Assembly: GCA_020137815.1 (NCBI GenBank)
Contig: CM035357.1
Coordinates: forward strand, 4,402,001 to 4,466,000
DNA from: Hormiphora californensis
Lineage: Eukaryota; Animalia; Ctenophora
DNA: 64,000 nt
Direction of reading: 5' to 3'
This document shows, in pieces, positions 11,789 to 28,098 of this stretch. Under the pieces are notes generated by a model. It was not told the origin of the DNA. It was given only the letters and a program-made list of their open reading frames with translations, and did no database searches. The translations under genes were made by a program, and so were the position numbers. The first letter of the stretch is position 1, and the number at the start of each line of letters is the position of its first letter.

Positions 11789-13198
11789 CTACTTCTTATC
11801 ATGATGATGATTACTTAGTTTATTCCAAAGTCTCTGTTGAAGGGGTGCCAGAGCCCCTGCCTTATTATCCCTCCTAACCCACTCCAAATGGTCCATAGCC
11901 TCCTCAACCCCGGACCCTGACACCACCGCACAATGCGCTAACAACACACTAAATACACTTTTCTGGGCCTTAGACCCGTGAATCACCTTAACCATCTCTG
12001 GGACAGATCTCGCCAGCGCTGAGGCCGCTTTCTCGTAATCACCCCTGGCCATTTCTTGGCACCCAGCCACCAAGTCAGGCCCAAACTGCTCAGTTGCATC
12101 CTTGTTCCATCCCGATCTGGCTGTGTTCCCAATATACCCCTGCATATTCCGTGCCAACTCGCCCACCCCCTCAACATCACCAGCCAGGGCTGAGGTAAAC
12201 GCAATGTGGCCATCATAGAATAGCGATGTAAAGGCTGTTTTGTGTTCACTCCACAGCGGCACCAACTCTTTCTCCCTTCCTCCCGTACCCACCCCATCAG
12301 CTGTAATCCTCATTAACAGCGAGCTGGCATCTGATAACGGGAATGAATCTCCTCCCCGGGCCTGTCCGATAATCTCCGCATCGTATATCCCCAGAGCGGT
12401 GCCATGTTGCCCAAGTTGGACGTGAGCACCGGCCTTGTGCCAGTGTATGTGGTGTGTGAAGTTCACACCGCGAGTCCAGTACGGCTCGAACTCCCCGATC
12501 ACACTCACGACTTTCTCTGGGGCTACCATGTTTTCGTAGGTGTGAGCCATGGCGTGTAGGGCCCAGGAATCAAGGGGGAAGATCTCGAGGGCTTTTCGTC
12601 CAGCTTTCTCTGCCTCATCATATTCCCCCATTTCAGCGTACCCAAAACACAGTTTACCATGTATTAGCCCATAGTGGGGGTTGTGTGGTTTATTGTAGTG
12701 GGATATCACGCTTAGAGGGATATCTCTCATGTAGCGTGACATCCCTGTTACTAGTCCTAGGATATACCCCAGGTTAAATCCATGTAGATCTCCAGGCCAT
12801 TTTCTACTAATATCAGCGTATGTCTCTACTGCACCTTTCAGATCCTCTTTATAAAGACACATGGCGGCCCTCATGTGTGCTTGGTGCCACGGGTGTTGCT
12901 CCTCGATCGGGAATCTCTCACACAACCTATCAAACTCTCTCCTTCCCTCAGGGTTATCCGTCACAAACAACTTCAAACTAACTATCAGCAGCTCACCGGA
13001 TAGGAAATCAGGGTCTGCTTCCCTCATTTTCAGTAGCGTTGAAAATAGCCCACCGTGTATAGGGTGGTTGTAATAGTATACCAGTTGGTCCAGGGCGATA
13101 TCGTATAGTTTAACGGCTTCGTTGGAGGTGGTCCCCAGGTGGAGGCCAGACTCTTTCCATCCTGCTATGTCCCTGAAGTGTTCTCGAAACTTTACCAT
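11789..13198 (-). CDS. TTC38: Tetratricopeptide repeat protein 38, intronless
   Basis: 469-aa ORF with family motifs RD..GW...GL.L.TTSNEA.KLYD, ADPDF, D.WA.HA.AH, H.HWH, D.SSLL.R and GS.AQ..VF. Confidence 0.9.
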   Translation of the reverse strand: MVKFREHFRDIAGWKESGLHLGTTSNEAVKLYDIALDQLVYYYNHPIHGGLFSTLLKMREADPDFLSGELLIVSLKLFVTDNPEGRREFDRLCERFPIEEQHPWHQAHMRAAMCLYKEDLKGAVETYADISRKWPGDLHGFNLGYILGLVTGMSRYMRDIPLSVISHYNKPHNPHYGLIHGKLCFGYAEMGEYDEAEKAGRKALEIFPLDSWALHAMAHTYENMVAPEKVVSVIGEFEPYWTRGVNFTHHIHWHKAGAHVQLGQHGTALGIYDAEIIGQARGGDSFPLSDASSLLMRITADGVGTGGREKELVPLWSEHKTAFTSLFYDGHIAFTSALAGDVEGVGELARNMQGYIGNTARSGWNKDATEQFGPDLVAGCQEMARGDYEKAASALARSVPEMVKVIHGSKAQKSVFSVLLAHCAVVSGSGVEEAMDHLEWVRRDNKAGALAPLQQRLWNKLSNHHHDKK

Positions 13199-13648
13199 GC
13201 TCCTTTACTGGCCATGTTGCTAAAGAGTGAGGGAGAGATAGTTGTGAGGGAGAGGTGAGGGAGAGGGAGGGAGAGGTTATTCATTGCTAGAGAAAGAAAG
13301 GTTATTCTAGGATACAATGCAGATAATTCGAGGGGAGGGAGGAAGAGGTTGTTGTTTGGTAAGGTATCAGAGGAAAACACACAAAGAAAGGGAAGCAACA
13401 TAACTTTGATAAGATGATAATATAATAAGTCAAGTAAAAATATAAATGAGCTGATCTAGCAGTGTCCGATAATAAGTTGCCCCGCCACATTGCTGTTTCT
13501 GTCTTTCACACCATGGACTATGTCAACATGTGGGGAGTACATTCGAGGTGACTGCAAGGAGTAGTCCTGACAAGAGGTGACAGCTCTCTGATCCAGACTC
13601 CATATATTCCACAATTTATTGTATGGGGCTAGTATTGATCGCATGATG

Positions 13649-16340
13649 CTAATATCGGGGCGGGAATTCCGGCATCTGGTTCGGTTGCGACATTCCGGGT
13701 AGAGGAGGAGGAGCACCACCCATACTGCCTGGTGGGAGGAGGGAGGGAGGGATTAGTAGAGCTGGGGGAGAGAAAAGAAGGAGGGATTAGTATAGTTGAT
13801 ATGTAACGAGATGATGGGCAATGGGGTAGTGACAAGGGGTGATGGGGGGAGGGAGGGGTTAGTAACACGGGCCCCGTCATGGAGGGGTATTGACGAGGAG
13901 TGAGGTGGGCGTTGATTGTGAAATTGTTCAAGTTTGTGGTGGTATGTGAGGGGGAATCTGAAGTAATTACGAGATGCAGGTTACAACCAGGAACCGACCG
14001 AAACAAGTAAACTTCCAATCAGAACTCGTTATTTAGGTCACGTGACTGGTTATCAGCCAATCAGGGACCAGTATTTCCTGATTCGGTCGGTTCCTGCAAC
14101 TTACCATGACCGGGTGGGCCCATTCCAGGAGGTCCCATTGGCCTCTGGGGTGGCGGCGGTATTCCCGGGGGTCCAGGTAGTCCAGGAGGCCGGACCCCTG
14201 GTGGACCCATCCCACCCATCCCGGGTGGTGGACCTCTCGGTGGACCCCCTGGAGGCATGCCCGGTGGTCCACCCAACTTTGTAGGATGCTGAGACAACTT
14301 CCCCGGGCCACTCGAGTGAGGCTCCTGGGGGTGGAGGGTTGGGTGGCCGGTTGCCCATCAGCGGGGGCGGTCTGGCTTGTGGTGGACCCGGTGGTGGGGC
14401 TCCCGGGGGTCCAGGGGGCGGCATTCTGGGTGCTTGGGGACCTCCACTAATCGGACCACCTCGATGGCGGTACCACCAAGAGGAGCGGGAGGGGTGTCAG
14501 ATTTGGGTTTCGATCTGATTCGGGATGCCTCCTGTTTCAGCGCCAGGCGGGCCTCCTTGATGTTTTCCTTGAAGTAAAATTGGAGGAAGAATTGTTTGGT
14601 TTGGGGGTTCCATTGGGTCCACATCTTCCGTTCACCCTTGTCCACCTCTCGAGATGGGATCTGGGAAATGTGAGCCATTACAATGGGGTCTGGGAGAGGC
14701 GAGACGATAAAATGGGGTCTGGGAAATGTGAGATATTACAATGCAAATGGGGTGTGGGAGAGGCGAGACAATAAAATGGGGTCTGTAAAGGAGGGTTAGA
14801 ACATAACGATTCCCACGATTCAAATTCATGTGTACCTTGAAAGCGATGGTTTCGTAGGGTTCCGCAGAAAACAGGAGATATTGCCATTTCTTGTCAGGAG
14901 GCTCAATCCTCTGCTCGTAGGCAGACATAAATCTGTGCTTTGGAGTCACATCCGTCACTATCTCCGGGTAGTCAATCTGAGGAGAGAAACATAGGGATCA
15001 GAGGAGAGAACATTATTAGGGATCTGAGGAGAGAACATTATTAGGGATCAGAGGAGAGAACATTATTAGGGATCAGAGGAGAGAAACATAGTATTAGGGA
15101 TCAGAGGAGAGAAACATAGTATTAGGGATCAGAGGAGAGAACATTATTAGGGATCAGAGGAGAGAACATTATTAGGGATCAGAGGTGAGAGGAGAGAACA
15201 TTATTAGGGATCAGAGGAGAGAACATTATAAGGGATCAGAGGAGAGAACATTATTAGGGATCTGAGGAGAAGGGAGCATAGTGGGTAACGGCGGGGAGGG
15301 GGGTACTGAGGAGGAAGAGTTAGAGACCCAAATCTGAGTCAGGGTTTACCCAAATCTGAGTCAGGGTTTACCCAAATCTGAGTCAGGGTTTACCCAAATC
15401 TGAGTCAGGGTTTACCCAAATCTGAGTCAGGGTTTACCCAATTTGTACCTGGAAGAGAAGAGAATGTTGGTCCGTTTTGTTGTCCTTCTGCTTGGTGACT
15501 TTGTAACCAGGTCTTCCAATCTTTACAAACTTCTTAACTTTAACCCTGGCTTTAGCGGGAGCGGGCAGCTGGCCCTGGTTAGTTTGCTCCTTTTCCAGGG
15601 CCTCTTTAGCAGCCCTCCGAGCACTGCATGGAGATATAGATATTGTTAATTCGTTTTGGCAGAGCAGCTCTTGCTGTGAGGAACAGATTTTCGTTTTGGT
15701 TTGGCATACAGTTGTACAGATTTCGAATTACCCCCAGTCCCCCCTCCCCTCCAAATGTATTTCAAAAATTCGCCCAATGTAGTCCTAAAAATCCCCAAAA
15801 GTCCCCAAAATTCTCACAAACCCCCCCCCCCCCTAAACACACTCTATACGTACAGATTCTGCTGATGTTTCTTGCCCTGCGTGTGGGCTAGATATGACCC
15901 CTCATTATTATGAAGTGTCAAACACAACTTGCACTCGTAACTGCCCAAGTGGTTCTTCATAAAGTACGGGTCCTGTGGGTGAGTGGTTAGCACTACATGG
16001 AATAGGAGACAAGATACAGTTAGTACTGGAAATATATGAAAACAGGGGAGGGCGGGAGGGGCTAAAATAGATAGATATAGGTTGAAAATCTTCCATGTCA
16101 GTGGCAAACAGAAGAATTATTACTGACACAACCATGATACATGGCCATTGAAATTGTTTGATTACGAAAATTACCCCCCTGAGAGAAGTGTGGGGTAATT
16201 TCTTTCTATCGTACCTTATTCAGATCGATTGTCTCTAGGGCGAGTTGTCGGAGCCGCTCTCTTCTATCTCTGTTGCTCTCAGAGAAGGATGCCACCCCTC
16301 CTCCCCCTGTTTTACCTCCGGCACGGTTCTGGAAATCCAT
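13649..16340 (-). CDS. SF3A2: Splicing factor 3A subunit 2 (SF3a66/Prp11)
   Basis: MDFQNRAGGKTGGGGVAS..LALETIDLNK/DPYFMKNHLGSYECKLCLTLHNNEGSYLAHTQGKKHQQNL/..KIGRPGYKVTKQ..LLFQ/IDYPEI..HRFMSAYEQRIEPPDKKWQYLLF.AEPYETIAFK/IPSREVDK.., then a Pro-rich tail with two apparent frameshifts. The last exon ends PEFPPRY*, with AATAAA ~30 nt downstream. Confidence 0.95.
13988..14096. mobile_element. ~109-bp hAT-like MITE (TIR CAGGAACCGACCGA) in the last SF3A2 intron
   Basis: TIRs are visible, and a second copy lies at 45066-45173. Confidence 0.75.
14977..15268. repeat. 27-31-bp minisatellite built from the SF3A2 3' splice site region
   Basis: (gaggagagaacattattagggatca/t)n abuts the acceptor ctcctcag. 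Confidence 0.85.
15327..15441. repeat. 23-bp minisatellite x5 next to an SF3A2 donor
   Basis: acccaaatctgagtcagggttt repeated. Confidence 0.9.
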
Positions 16341-16681
16341 ACTGCTTCAAACTCTCTGACACAACTTTAAGGAAGGTTTGATGAAGGTTAATAAAAAGGT
16401 AATAGGGTAATAGGATAATAAAAAGGTAATAAAGGGTAATAAAGGAGGTTTAGATCAGGGTCGAGACATACAGATAAAAACAAGCACTTGTGCCTTGTAA
16501 AAAGTCTGAATACTTTAACTCAAATAACAAATTTAATAATCCCCGATCGTCAAATTGTCTGATATATCCACAAAGCAGATATGTATCAAGATTAAGATAT
16601 TTTCTGCAACTCGCATCAGAGATTTTTCAGGACGACAGATAATAGATGTATATCATCTCATGAAGTGGTTGTAACACCAGG

Positions 16682-17634
16682 TCATGAAGTAGTCAGGAAT
16701 ATAGCAGGAGACTGTTGAAGTTTCTGGAAGATAATCTTTTCACACATCGGCACCTCATCAGGTTCTAGTTCACCAGCAAATATAAACACCTGTGCAGCAG
16801 GAGAGAAAGTGGATGTTAGTGTGGGATTAGATCAGCGCCAGGTGGTTGGTTAGTTAGCCAGAATTATATACCAGTGCGATGTTCTAAATTGTTCTAAAAC
16901 TAGTAGACGACCCGAAACAAGTGTCCCACTTAATAGTGTGGTGCACATTCCATTGCGCTATAGTGTAGCTCCTACTCACGGTGTCCTGGAAGGAGGTTTT
17001 ACCTCGCCTAGAGTAACCCGAGAAGTTACGGACCCTACCCCATGTATTATTTGACGTAGAATCCGAAAAACATAAAATTAAAATCCTGTGATATGCCGTT
17101 TTTGCGTAAACACACTAGTGTTAACTCACCTGGTGTTTTGTTTTGCCAGCTAGTTTCTGTGCCAATAGAGTCGTCCACTCTTGGGTTCCCAGGATCCGGG
17201 AGCTGGAGGGTGGTCGAGAGGGCAGGGATAGGGCCGTGCTGATAGTATTCATACTGGCTTCCTCGTGTCCTGACGATGGAGATAATGAAAAAGGAGGATC
17301 GAGAAAAAAATGTTATAACTTTGAAATGGAGGGGGTTAACGACAGGTAAATTGTTAATTTACTTGAATAGTTAGACTGAGTTCCCCCCCCCCCCCCCAAA
17401 TGTAAAGGGAGGGTTAGAACATAACAATAATTTTCAACTTGGAAATACTCCAGTAAATTGAAACCTACCTACCCAAAGAATGAACGATTGGACCATTTTT
17501 ATGACACTAAAATGTAGCCCCATTGCCGTGAAAGCACCATGTCTCACTCCTCCCTTCTCCTCCACAACTTCTCCTTGATTCTCCTCCTGTTCTGCTTCTT
17601 GGGTCTCCCCAACAACCTCCTGTCCCCCTAACAT
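16682..17634 (-). CDS. PSMG4: Proteasome assembly chaperone 4 (PAC4), ~137 aa
   Basis: Exons 17634-17469, 17269-17130 and 16789-16682 give ..LHFSVIKMVQSFILWVGHEEASMNTISTALS..SSSRILGTQEWTTLLAQKLAGKTKHQVFIF..CEKIIFQKLQQSPAIF.., which is colinear with PAC4 motifs (HFHVMRL..S.FLWVG; LAQRLA.KT.KQVFV). Confidence 0.8.
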
Positions 17635-18341
17635 GATCTGATAATCCGGTACGGGTTTAGTATTGGGGGGCAAGATACAATTAAAACACAGTCCTGGGAC
17701 TAATAAATTATGGGGGATGGGGGGTTACAACAACACACGAGTATGAAAAAATGTTATACAGAGACAAAGTCACGCCTTCTTTCTACCTCTGGGATAGAAT
17801 ACGAGAAAGGACTACACTAAAACATCTAAAGGATGTCATCATGGGGTTCTTGATTTGTCAATAACACATTCATAGTTGGGTCACGCACAAAACAGACATG
17901 TACAGACACACCTACAAACAGACACATGTACATCAACATCAAAACAGCGCGAGGGAACTACAAAAAACAGATCGCATATATCGCTGAATCAAAAAACAAT
18001 ATACATGCACAGTGTATTAAAAGTCGAGGACAGGCCTTTATTTCACTGTAAAACGAAACGGAAAAAGATTTTCGAGGAAGGAAGATATATATCAAGAAAT
18101 AAGAGCCTGTCCTTGAAAGGTCCAATTACACACACTCACTCACAATTAAACTACAAAGGTTTAGAACATAAAGCTGGAGTTTAACTTTGTAGAAAAAAAA
18201 AGATAAAAAACTTAACTCTAAACCGTCTCAAAAACTCACTTTTGCATCAATGATAATATATGTCTGCATAAAGTTGTTGTTCTTGGAATAAAAATACTAC
18301 ACAGCATCTCATCTTTGTTATTTTCTGTTTTCTAAATACTA

Positions 18342-19258
18342 GAGCGTTTCAGAAATAACTTCGTGTCGCGATATTTCGGGATTTATAAGAGATAGAAACT
18401 TCTACCTAGTTTTATCCTGTTCATTGGACAATTCTTTTCCCAGACACATGTTCTGAATTATAATATAACAACCTTAAGTACTCGAAATTTGGTTCGTTAA
18501 CACCATAAGTCGTGCTGCCGCTGCACGGGGTTACCAACTTTTTCTAAACGCCACTGGAAGAAAGCTCGTAAAGATTTCTGACTTCCCATAGTGCTCAATC
18601 GATAGCAAATCGTCTAAGGATGAGATATATATGTGATTTGGGTCTCGACGCGTTGACTAAAAACATTTAGAACAGTAGATGTAACATGAAAAAACGAAAA
18701 ATGGCGAAATTTGACCTCAATTTTTGGCTTGTTTTAGGGGTATGTTCGAAAACGTCAATGTTTGACTTCAATAAGCCGACGAAGCGAATAATTGACTTCA
18801 CAATGGCTCAAAGCTTACTTAGAGCTATCTTTTGCTGCCAAGATATCGGTTATACGTCAGTCCTATAAAACGTGAAGAGACCCGGAAGTGAAAATTTCAA
18901 AATTTTGCCAAAGATTTTCAAAGGCCCATTGCTCAGCAACGAATGAAGCTAGGACCTTCTATTACATCTTAAACGAAAGAGAATTGTCTAATGAACAAGT
19001 GTAATGCAATAAAATATCCCTTAGAACCAATTTTTGAGAAGTACAGCAGTTTCAGTACTATGCGCGTTTTTCCCGTGCAGCGGCATTTTGAATAAGGTAC
19101 ATTTCCGGGTTCGCCCAGAGCCAACCTTGATTAAATTTTTCAAAATGACCATTGTTGTGTGTAGTCAAGAGTTCAAATAACATGCTAGAAAAGGTTTCGT
19201 GTAGATATCTTATATACTTTTGGAGCTATCGGGACACGAAGTTATTTCTGAAACGCTC
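18342..19258. mobile_element. Non-autonomous Tc1/mariner-type DNA transposon (917 bp)
   Basis: TIR gagcgtttcagaaataacttcgtgtc / gacacgaagttatttctgaaacgctc with TA target-site duplication (TSD). Confidence 0.8.
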
Positions 19259-19558
19259 TAATATTTCGCTGATCTTTTTACCCCACTCAAAATACCCCCA
19301 TGAATGTATATATTCTCAGGGCGTAACGTTCTCAAATCACGGTTCCAATCACCCATACCTGGCCTCCCTACTTGATCTACATCACAGAGCGGTGTGAGCC
19401 ACACACCTCTCTCTCTACCACTCTGCAGAGCTCTGAGCCTTGTTATGTTCTAACCCCCTTTACATTGGCACGGAGAGAGGGAGGGTCGAACAAGGCAACC
19501 CCGTCTGACCAGATCTGCAGTAGTAGTTAGTACAACAATCCACAAACAAATTGAGAAA

Positions 19559-21962
19559 TCAAGCAAACACACTGACCGTCCGTTGGAATCCACCACTCTT
19601 ATTCTTCCCTCCCTTTTTCTTACCACCCTTTTTCGATTTCTCCTGTTTTGCCAACCGGGAAGTCTCGAACGTTACATGATTTTGATTTGGCATCGGGTTA
19701 TTTCGATTATAACCATAATTGTCTGTTGTCGGGCTGGCCGTTACTTGTTTTGATTTGTCATTGTTTTTGTTGTTCTTGTTTTTACCGCCCTTTTTGCCAC
19801 TTTTCTGCAGTTTTTCCAACTCTTCCTTCACCTTGTTAAACTTCTTTGGTTGTTTCACCACCTCCCCGGCTGCAGCATCCTTGGCAGAGTTCTTTGTACT
19901 GCTATTGTCCAACGATTTGTGAGATAGGGATTTGAACTTAGATAGATTTGTCTCTTTTCCCGCCTTTTTACCCCCTTTAGTCACATCCTCCAGTGATTTG
20001 CTCCTCCTTTTCACCTTATCCTTATGACTCTTTTCTTCTGACGGAAATGCAAGTGATTTCGATCGAGGCAGATTACTCCGTTTCTTCTTCACAGAGTTCT
20101 TCGCGCTAGTGTCACTAAAAACAGTGTCTGAAAACTCAGTCGCTGCGTTGATGGAGGGATTGTTAGAGGCAGACGAGGGGGCGTTTTTGTTCCGTTTTAT
20201 CTTCCGTTTCTTTTGTTGAGCGAGACCTATAGAGTTAGTGTCGTATTGGACGACTAGCTGGGATCCAAGGTACAGGGAATCCTCCGGGGCTTCCTCATTA
20301 CATTCCTGGGGGAGATCAGAGGGGTAGGGAAGGGAGGGGTCGGGGAGGTAGATAAGAGGGGTAGGAGAGTCAAGGGAAGGGAGATAAAATGGGTAGGGAA
20401 GGAAGATAAGAGGGGTACTAGGGGGTCGGGTAGGGGTTAGGGAAGGGAGATAAGAGGGGTAGGGAAAGGAAGGTATCAGTCTCTATCTAGTCTCTTGTGA
20501 GAGTTCAACATTGGATAACAATTAGGGAGAAGTAGCGGGCGATGATATATATCTCTAATCAGCATACCGAGATATATGCTCTGCCGAACCCTGGCAATGT
20601 TAGCTACACAAGCCAAAATATACGGCATATACTGATCGGGATATGGCATATTACTCACGTATCCCCAATGTCCCGCCCTTCCGCAGTTATAACAATAAAC
20701 AGGACCATTGTTCCAAGCTGGGGCCGGTCTCACAGGGGCTGAGTGGGTGGTGGTTGAGTGGTACTGTCGCCACTTGTCCGGGCACCATCTCTCGGTGTGC
20801 CCCGGGACACCGCACCTCACACACGTCTTCCAGCTAGGAACACGCTGTATAGGGCAATCCTGGGAGTGAGAGAGGGAGAGTTGAGGGAACTAAACTGAAG
20901 ACGTGAAACTCAGTGTTCTGTGTTCACTGTTCAAAAATTTCAAAAATGGTCTAGCAATTTCTGTGTCCTAGGAGAGTCAATCAATAGGAATGTGCCGTTT
21001 TCTAAACACCTATCATCCGGCCCGTTTTGGGTCTATACCTTGCGGGCGTGTCCCGGGTAACCACAGTTGAAGCAAAGTTGAAAGGTACATGCCCTGTAAT
21101 TGTGTCCATTCTCCCCACATAACAGGCACGGTTGGACCTTCTGAAACAATTAGGGGAATATTAACTTCAGGTAAAGTGGGGAAATTATATGGCCATTGTA
21201 TTGCTTCAGACAGTTTGATAATTGACATCATATGATATAATGTCCAAAAGTGAAATTGTAGTTATGAACCCCAGCACAATTGACACAGCTTCTAATTAGT
21301 GTGTAATTTGAATTCATAGGAAAGAGAAAGTGTGGCTGTCTGGCCAGAGTACGTCAGACACAGCCCACTGTGTGACACTGGTGAGAGAGAGGGCCACAAC
21401 CTGAGAAAAATGTGCGCGCATGTCTTCTGGTATGCGCGCCTCCTATTGAAATGCTGACATTGCGATAGCGCTCTACAAATGGGGAAAGGTATCTACCACG
21501 ACTAAGCAGTGAATATATGTAAACGAGATGATGTATCGGTGAAAAAACTGGGAGAGGTATCAGATAGGAAAGTAAGGCCTCGTTTGAATTTAGAAGGAGA
21601 TCTATCCATGTATGTAAATCTATCCAACATTGGTGTAAGAGAGAGAGACGGACAGCGAAAAAGAGAGGTTCGATTTAGGGTCTGAACAACATCACAAGAA
21701 GGTATGATGCCCAAAGCCAGGTCTGACACCAGTCCTTTGTAGAAACTCTCAACTGGCACATCTTTAAAAAGGTCAGAAGTTTAAAGCAACTCCTGCTAAT
21801 AGGGAAACTTTAACAAGCTTGAATAATTTCCAAGTACACAAATTACTCGTGTTACTTTTCCTTGCTTGAATTGCTTGAAATTGGGATTTGGGGTACTCAC
21901 CTTTGGAAGAGGACAATCGAACTTGAAATGTCCCGGTTGGTTGCAATTGAAACACTCCATTT
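19559..21962 (-). CDS. ZCCHC7: Zinc-knuckle TRAMP subunit ZCCHC7/Air1-2-like, 3' exons
   Basis: Exons 21962-21901 (CFNCNQPGHFKFDCP), 21140-21039 (CLLCGENGHNYRAC, CFNCGYPGHARK), 20859-20659 (CVRCGVPGHTERWCPDKWRQYHSTT, CYNCGRAGHWGY) and 20305-19559 (Lys-rich tail). Five CCHC knuckles and the WRQY motif. Confidence 0.85.
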
Positions 21963-22037
21963 CTACAGGGTTATAGTACCGTCTATTATCATACGTTCCC
22001 TATGAGGCGGAGAATGGAAAGTGAGAGAGAGAGAGAG

Positions 22038-22728
22038 CCCAGTGCCCCGATATTGCAAACCCGTGTAATTTTTTGAGCAAATATTTGCAGCCTGACTGAT
22101 TTTTTGCAGCCTAAATAAAATAACCTCGACTGATATTGCAGCCCGGGCTGCATAAAATATAAATATGAAATATAAGCTTCCCCGAATCACATGTGTTTAA
22201 TATCCCGTATTGGCTAACAGTGCTAATAAGGCGTCCCAGAATGGTGTCACATATCCATCCCCCTCATTAGAGTATGAAATACATATGTATTTCGGTGTCA
22301 AGATTCTTGCAGCCCGGCTGCAGAAAATTTCGAGGAAATTTTCCCATTCTGGGCTGCACGATGATTTTGCTAATTAGGCGTCCCCTGTCAGGCCAATGCT
22401 CTAACAGGGCGTCCCAGAATGGTGTCACATATCCATCCCCCTCATTAGAGTGTGAAATACATATGTATTTCGGTGTCGAGATTCTTGCAGCCCGGCTGCA
22501 GAAAATTTTGAGGAAATTTTCCCATTCTGGGCTGCACGATGATTTTGCCCCGAAAATGGTCCTTTTTTCTCTATTAGCCCAAATTCTACGATGCTGACGT
22601 ACGTCGCGAGGTCGAGGCTGCGTAGCAGCCGAGACCGAGCAAAAATTTGCAGCCTAGCGAATAGAATCTTGCAGCCTAGCTGAAGGCTTAGAAAAATATT
22701 TTTTTAGATTTCTGAAATTCGGGGCACT

Positions 22729-22731
<3 letters not shown>
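22038..22731. mobile_element. Non-autonomous CMC/EnSpm-like element inserted in a (GA)n tract
   Basis: TIR cccagtgccccga / tcggggcactggg, subterminal tgcagcc motifs, an internal ~178-bp-period duplication, and AG on both sides. Confidence 0.6.
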
Positions 22732-22806
<75 letters not shown>

Positions 22807-22821
22807 GAGAGAGAGCGAGAG

Positions 22822-22872
<51 letters not shown>

Positions 22873-22873
22873 G

Positions 22874-22927
<54 letters not shown>

Positions 22928-22945
22928 GGAGAGAGAGAGAGAGAG

Positions 22946-23004
<59 letters not shown>
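22732..23004. repeat. (GA)n microsatellite (others at 4445-4560, 10024-10072, 23630-23760 and 27078-27253)
   Basis: Direct reading. Confidence 0.95.
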
Positions 23005-23009
<5 letters not shown>

Positions 23010-23671
23010 GGGTTATAATAGTACACATGTTGTTTGTGAGTAATTTTAAACATTCACCGGTGACGTAAATCAGGCGAGAAATGAAGTATAATAATGATGA
23101 GTTAAATTACACTCCCTTTTATACTACATACTACCAAGATGATGGTAGATTATTAGGTCATCCCAAAAGAAACGAATGGTAGGCCAACAGAGAGATAATA
23201 ACAGACAGAGACTTTCAATTTTAGGTTACACTTATCCATACTTCTAGAATGAAAATAACAATTATCTGTTGTTCTAGAATGGTCAGGAGAAATCACGAAG
23301 TGTGTCTCCTAGTCCGTCCCCCCTGGTGCTTGGCTGGCACTTGGCACTGACTGACATCTACACCAGACCCCGCACCCCCTTCTAACCACCCACAGAGACT
23401 ATACTTAGATTCCGTCACTATTAGAGACAATTGGGCCTTTTCCCGAAATCTTTCTACTCTTTCATTAAAAGGAAAGAGATCAATTGAGAGAGAAAGAGCT
23501 GAAGGAGAGAGTGATGAGATAAAAGAGATAGAGAGAGATAGAGAGAGAGAGAGCTAGAGATAGTACTAGCGAATAGACGATAGATAGATCGGCATCTCTC
23601 TCGAGCTCTCGCATCATCTACTCATCTGCTCCTCTCTCTCTCTCTCTCTCCTCTCTCCTCTTCCTCTCCTC

Positions 23672-23738
<67 letters not shown>

Positions 23739-24042
23739 CCTCTCCCCTCTCTCTCTCTCTCCCCTCCCTCTCCCTCCCTGTCTCCCCCTCGACATACCAC
23801 TTGCTCTCATTTCCCACTCACTCTCATGGCAAGCTAGTCCACAGTCAGTACATACATTAGAATTGCTAGAGAAGAGAAACCTAAAAAATGTCAGAAAAAT
23901 AATACGAATTGTTCTAGAGAACAGAAAGAAAGAAAGAAATAAAGGGAGAGAAAGAGAAAGAGAGAGAGAGAGAGCAATAAGTTTCAAATCTTTATTTAGG
24001 CACCATACCAGCACAACAGAAAAAAAAGGGAACTTCTTCTTA

Positions 24043-27916
<3,874 letters not shown>

Positions 27917-28098
27917 CACTGAAAAACAATTGGTATTTTGGAACAAATTGGTATTTTGATAACAATTGGTATTTGCCATTTGGAAACAGTTGGTATTTGG
28001 AAACAGTTGGTATTTTGAAACAGTTGGTAACACCCTCTAAGTTACAGAAAAGATTTTGACACAGTTTGTACAGCCAGCAGGACACCCGCTGTTCCACT

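Noticed and set aside
17180-17200. Suspected frameshift in PSMG4 exon 2
   Set aside because: Re-reading gives a continuous frame (SSRILGTQEW).
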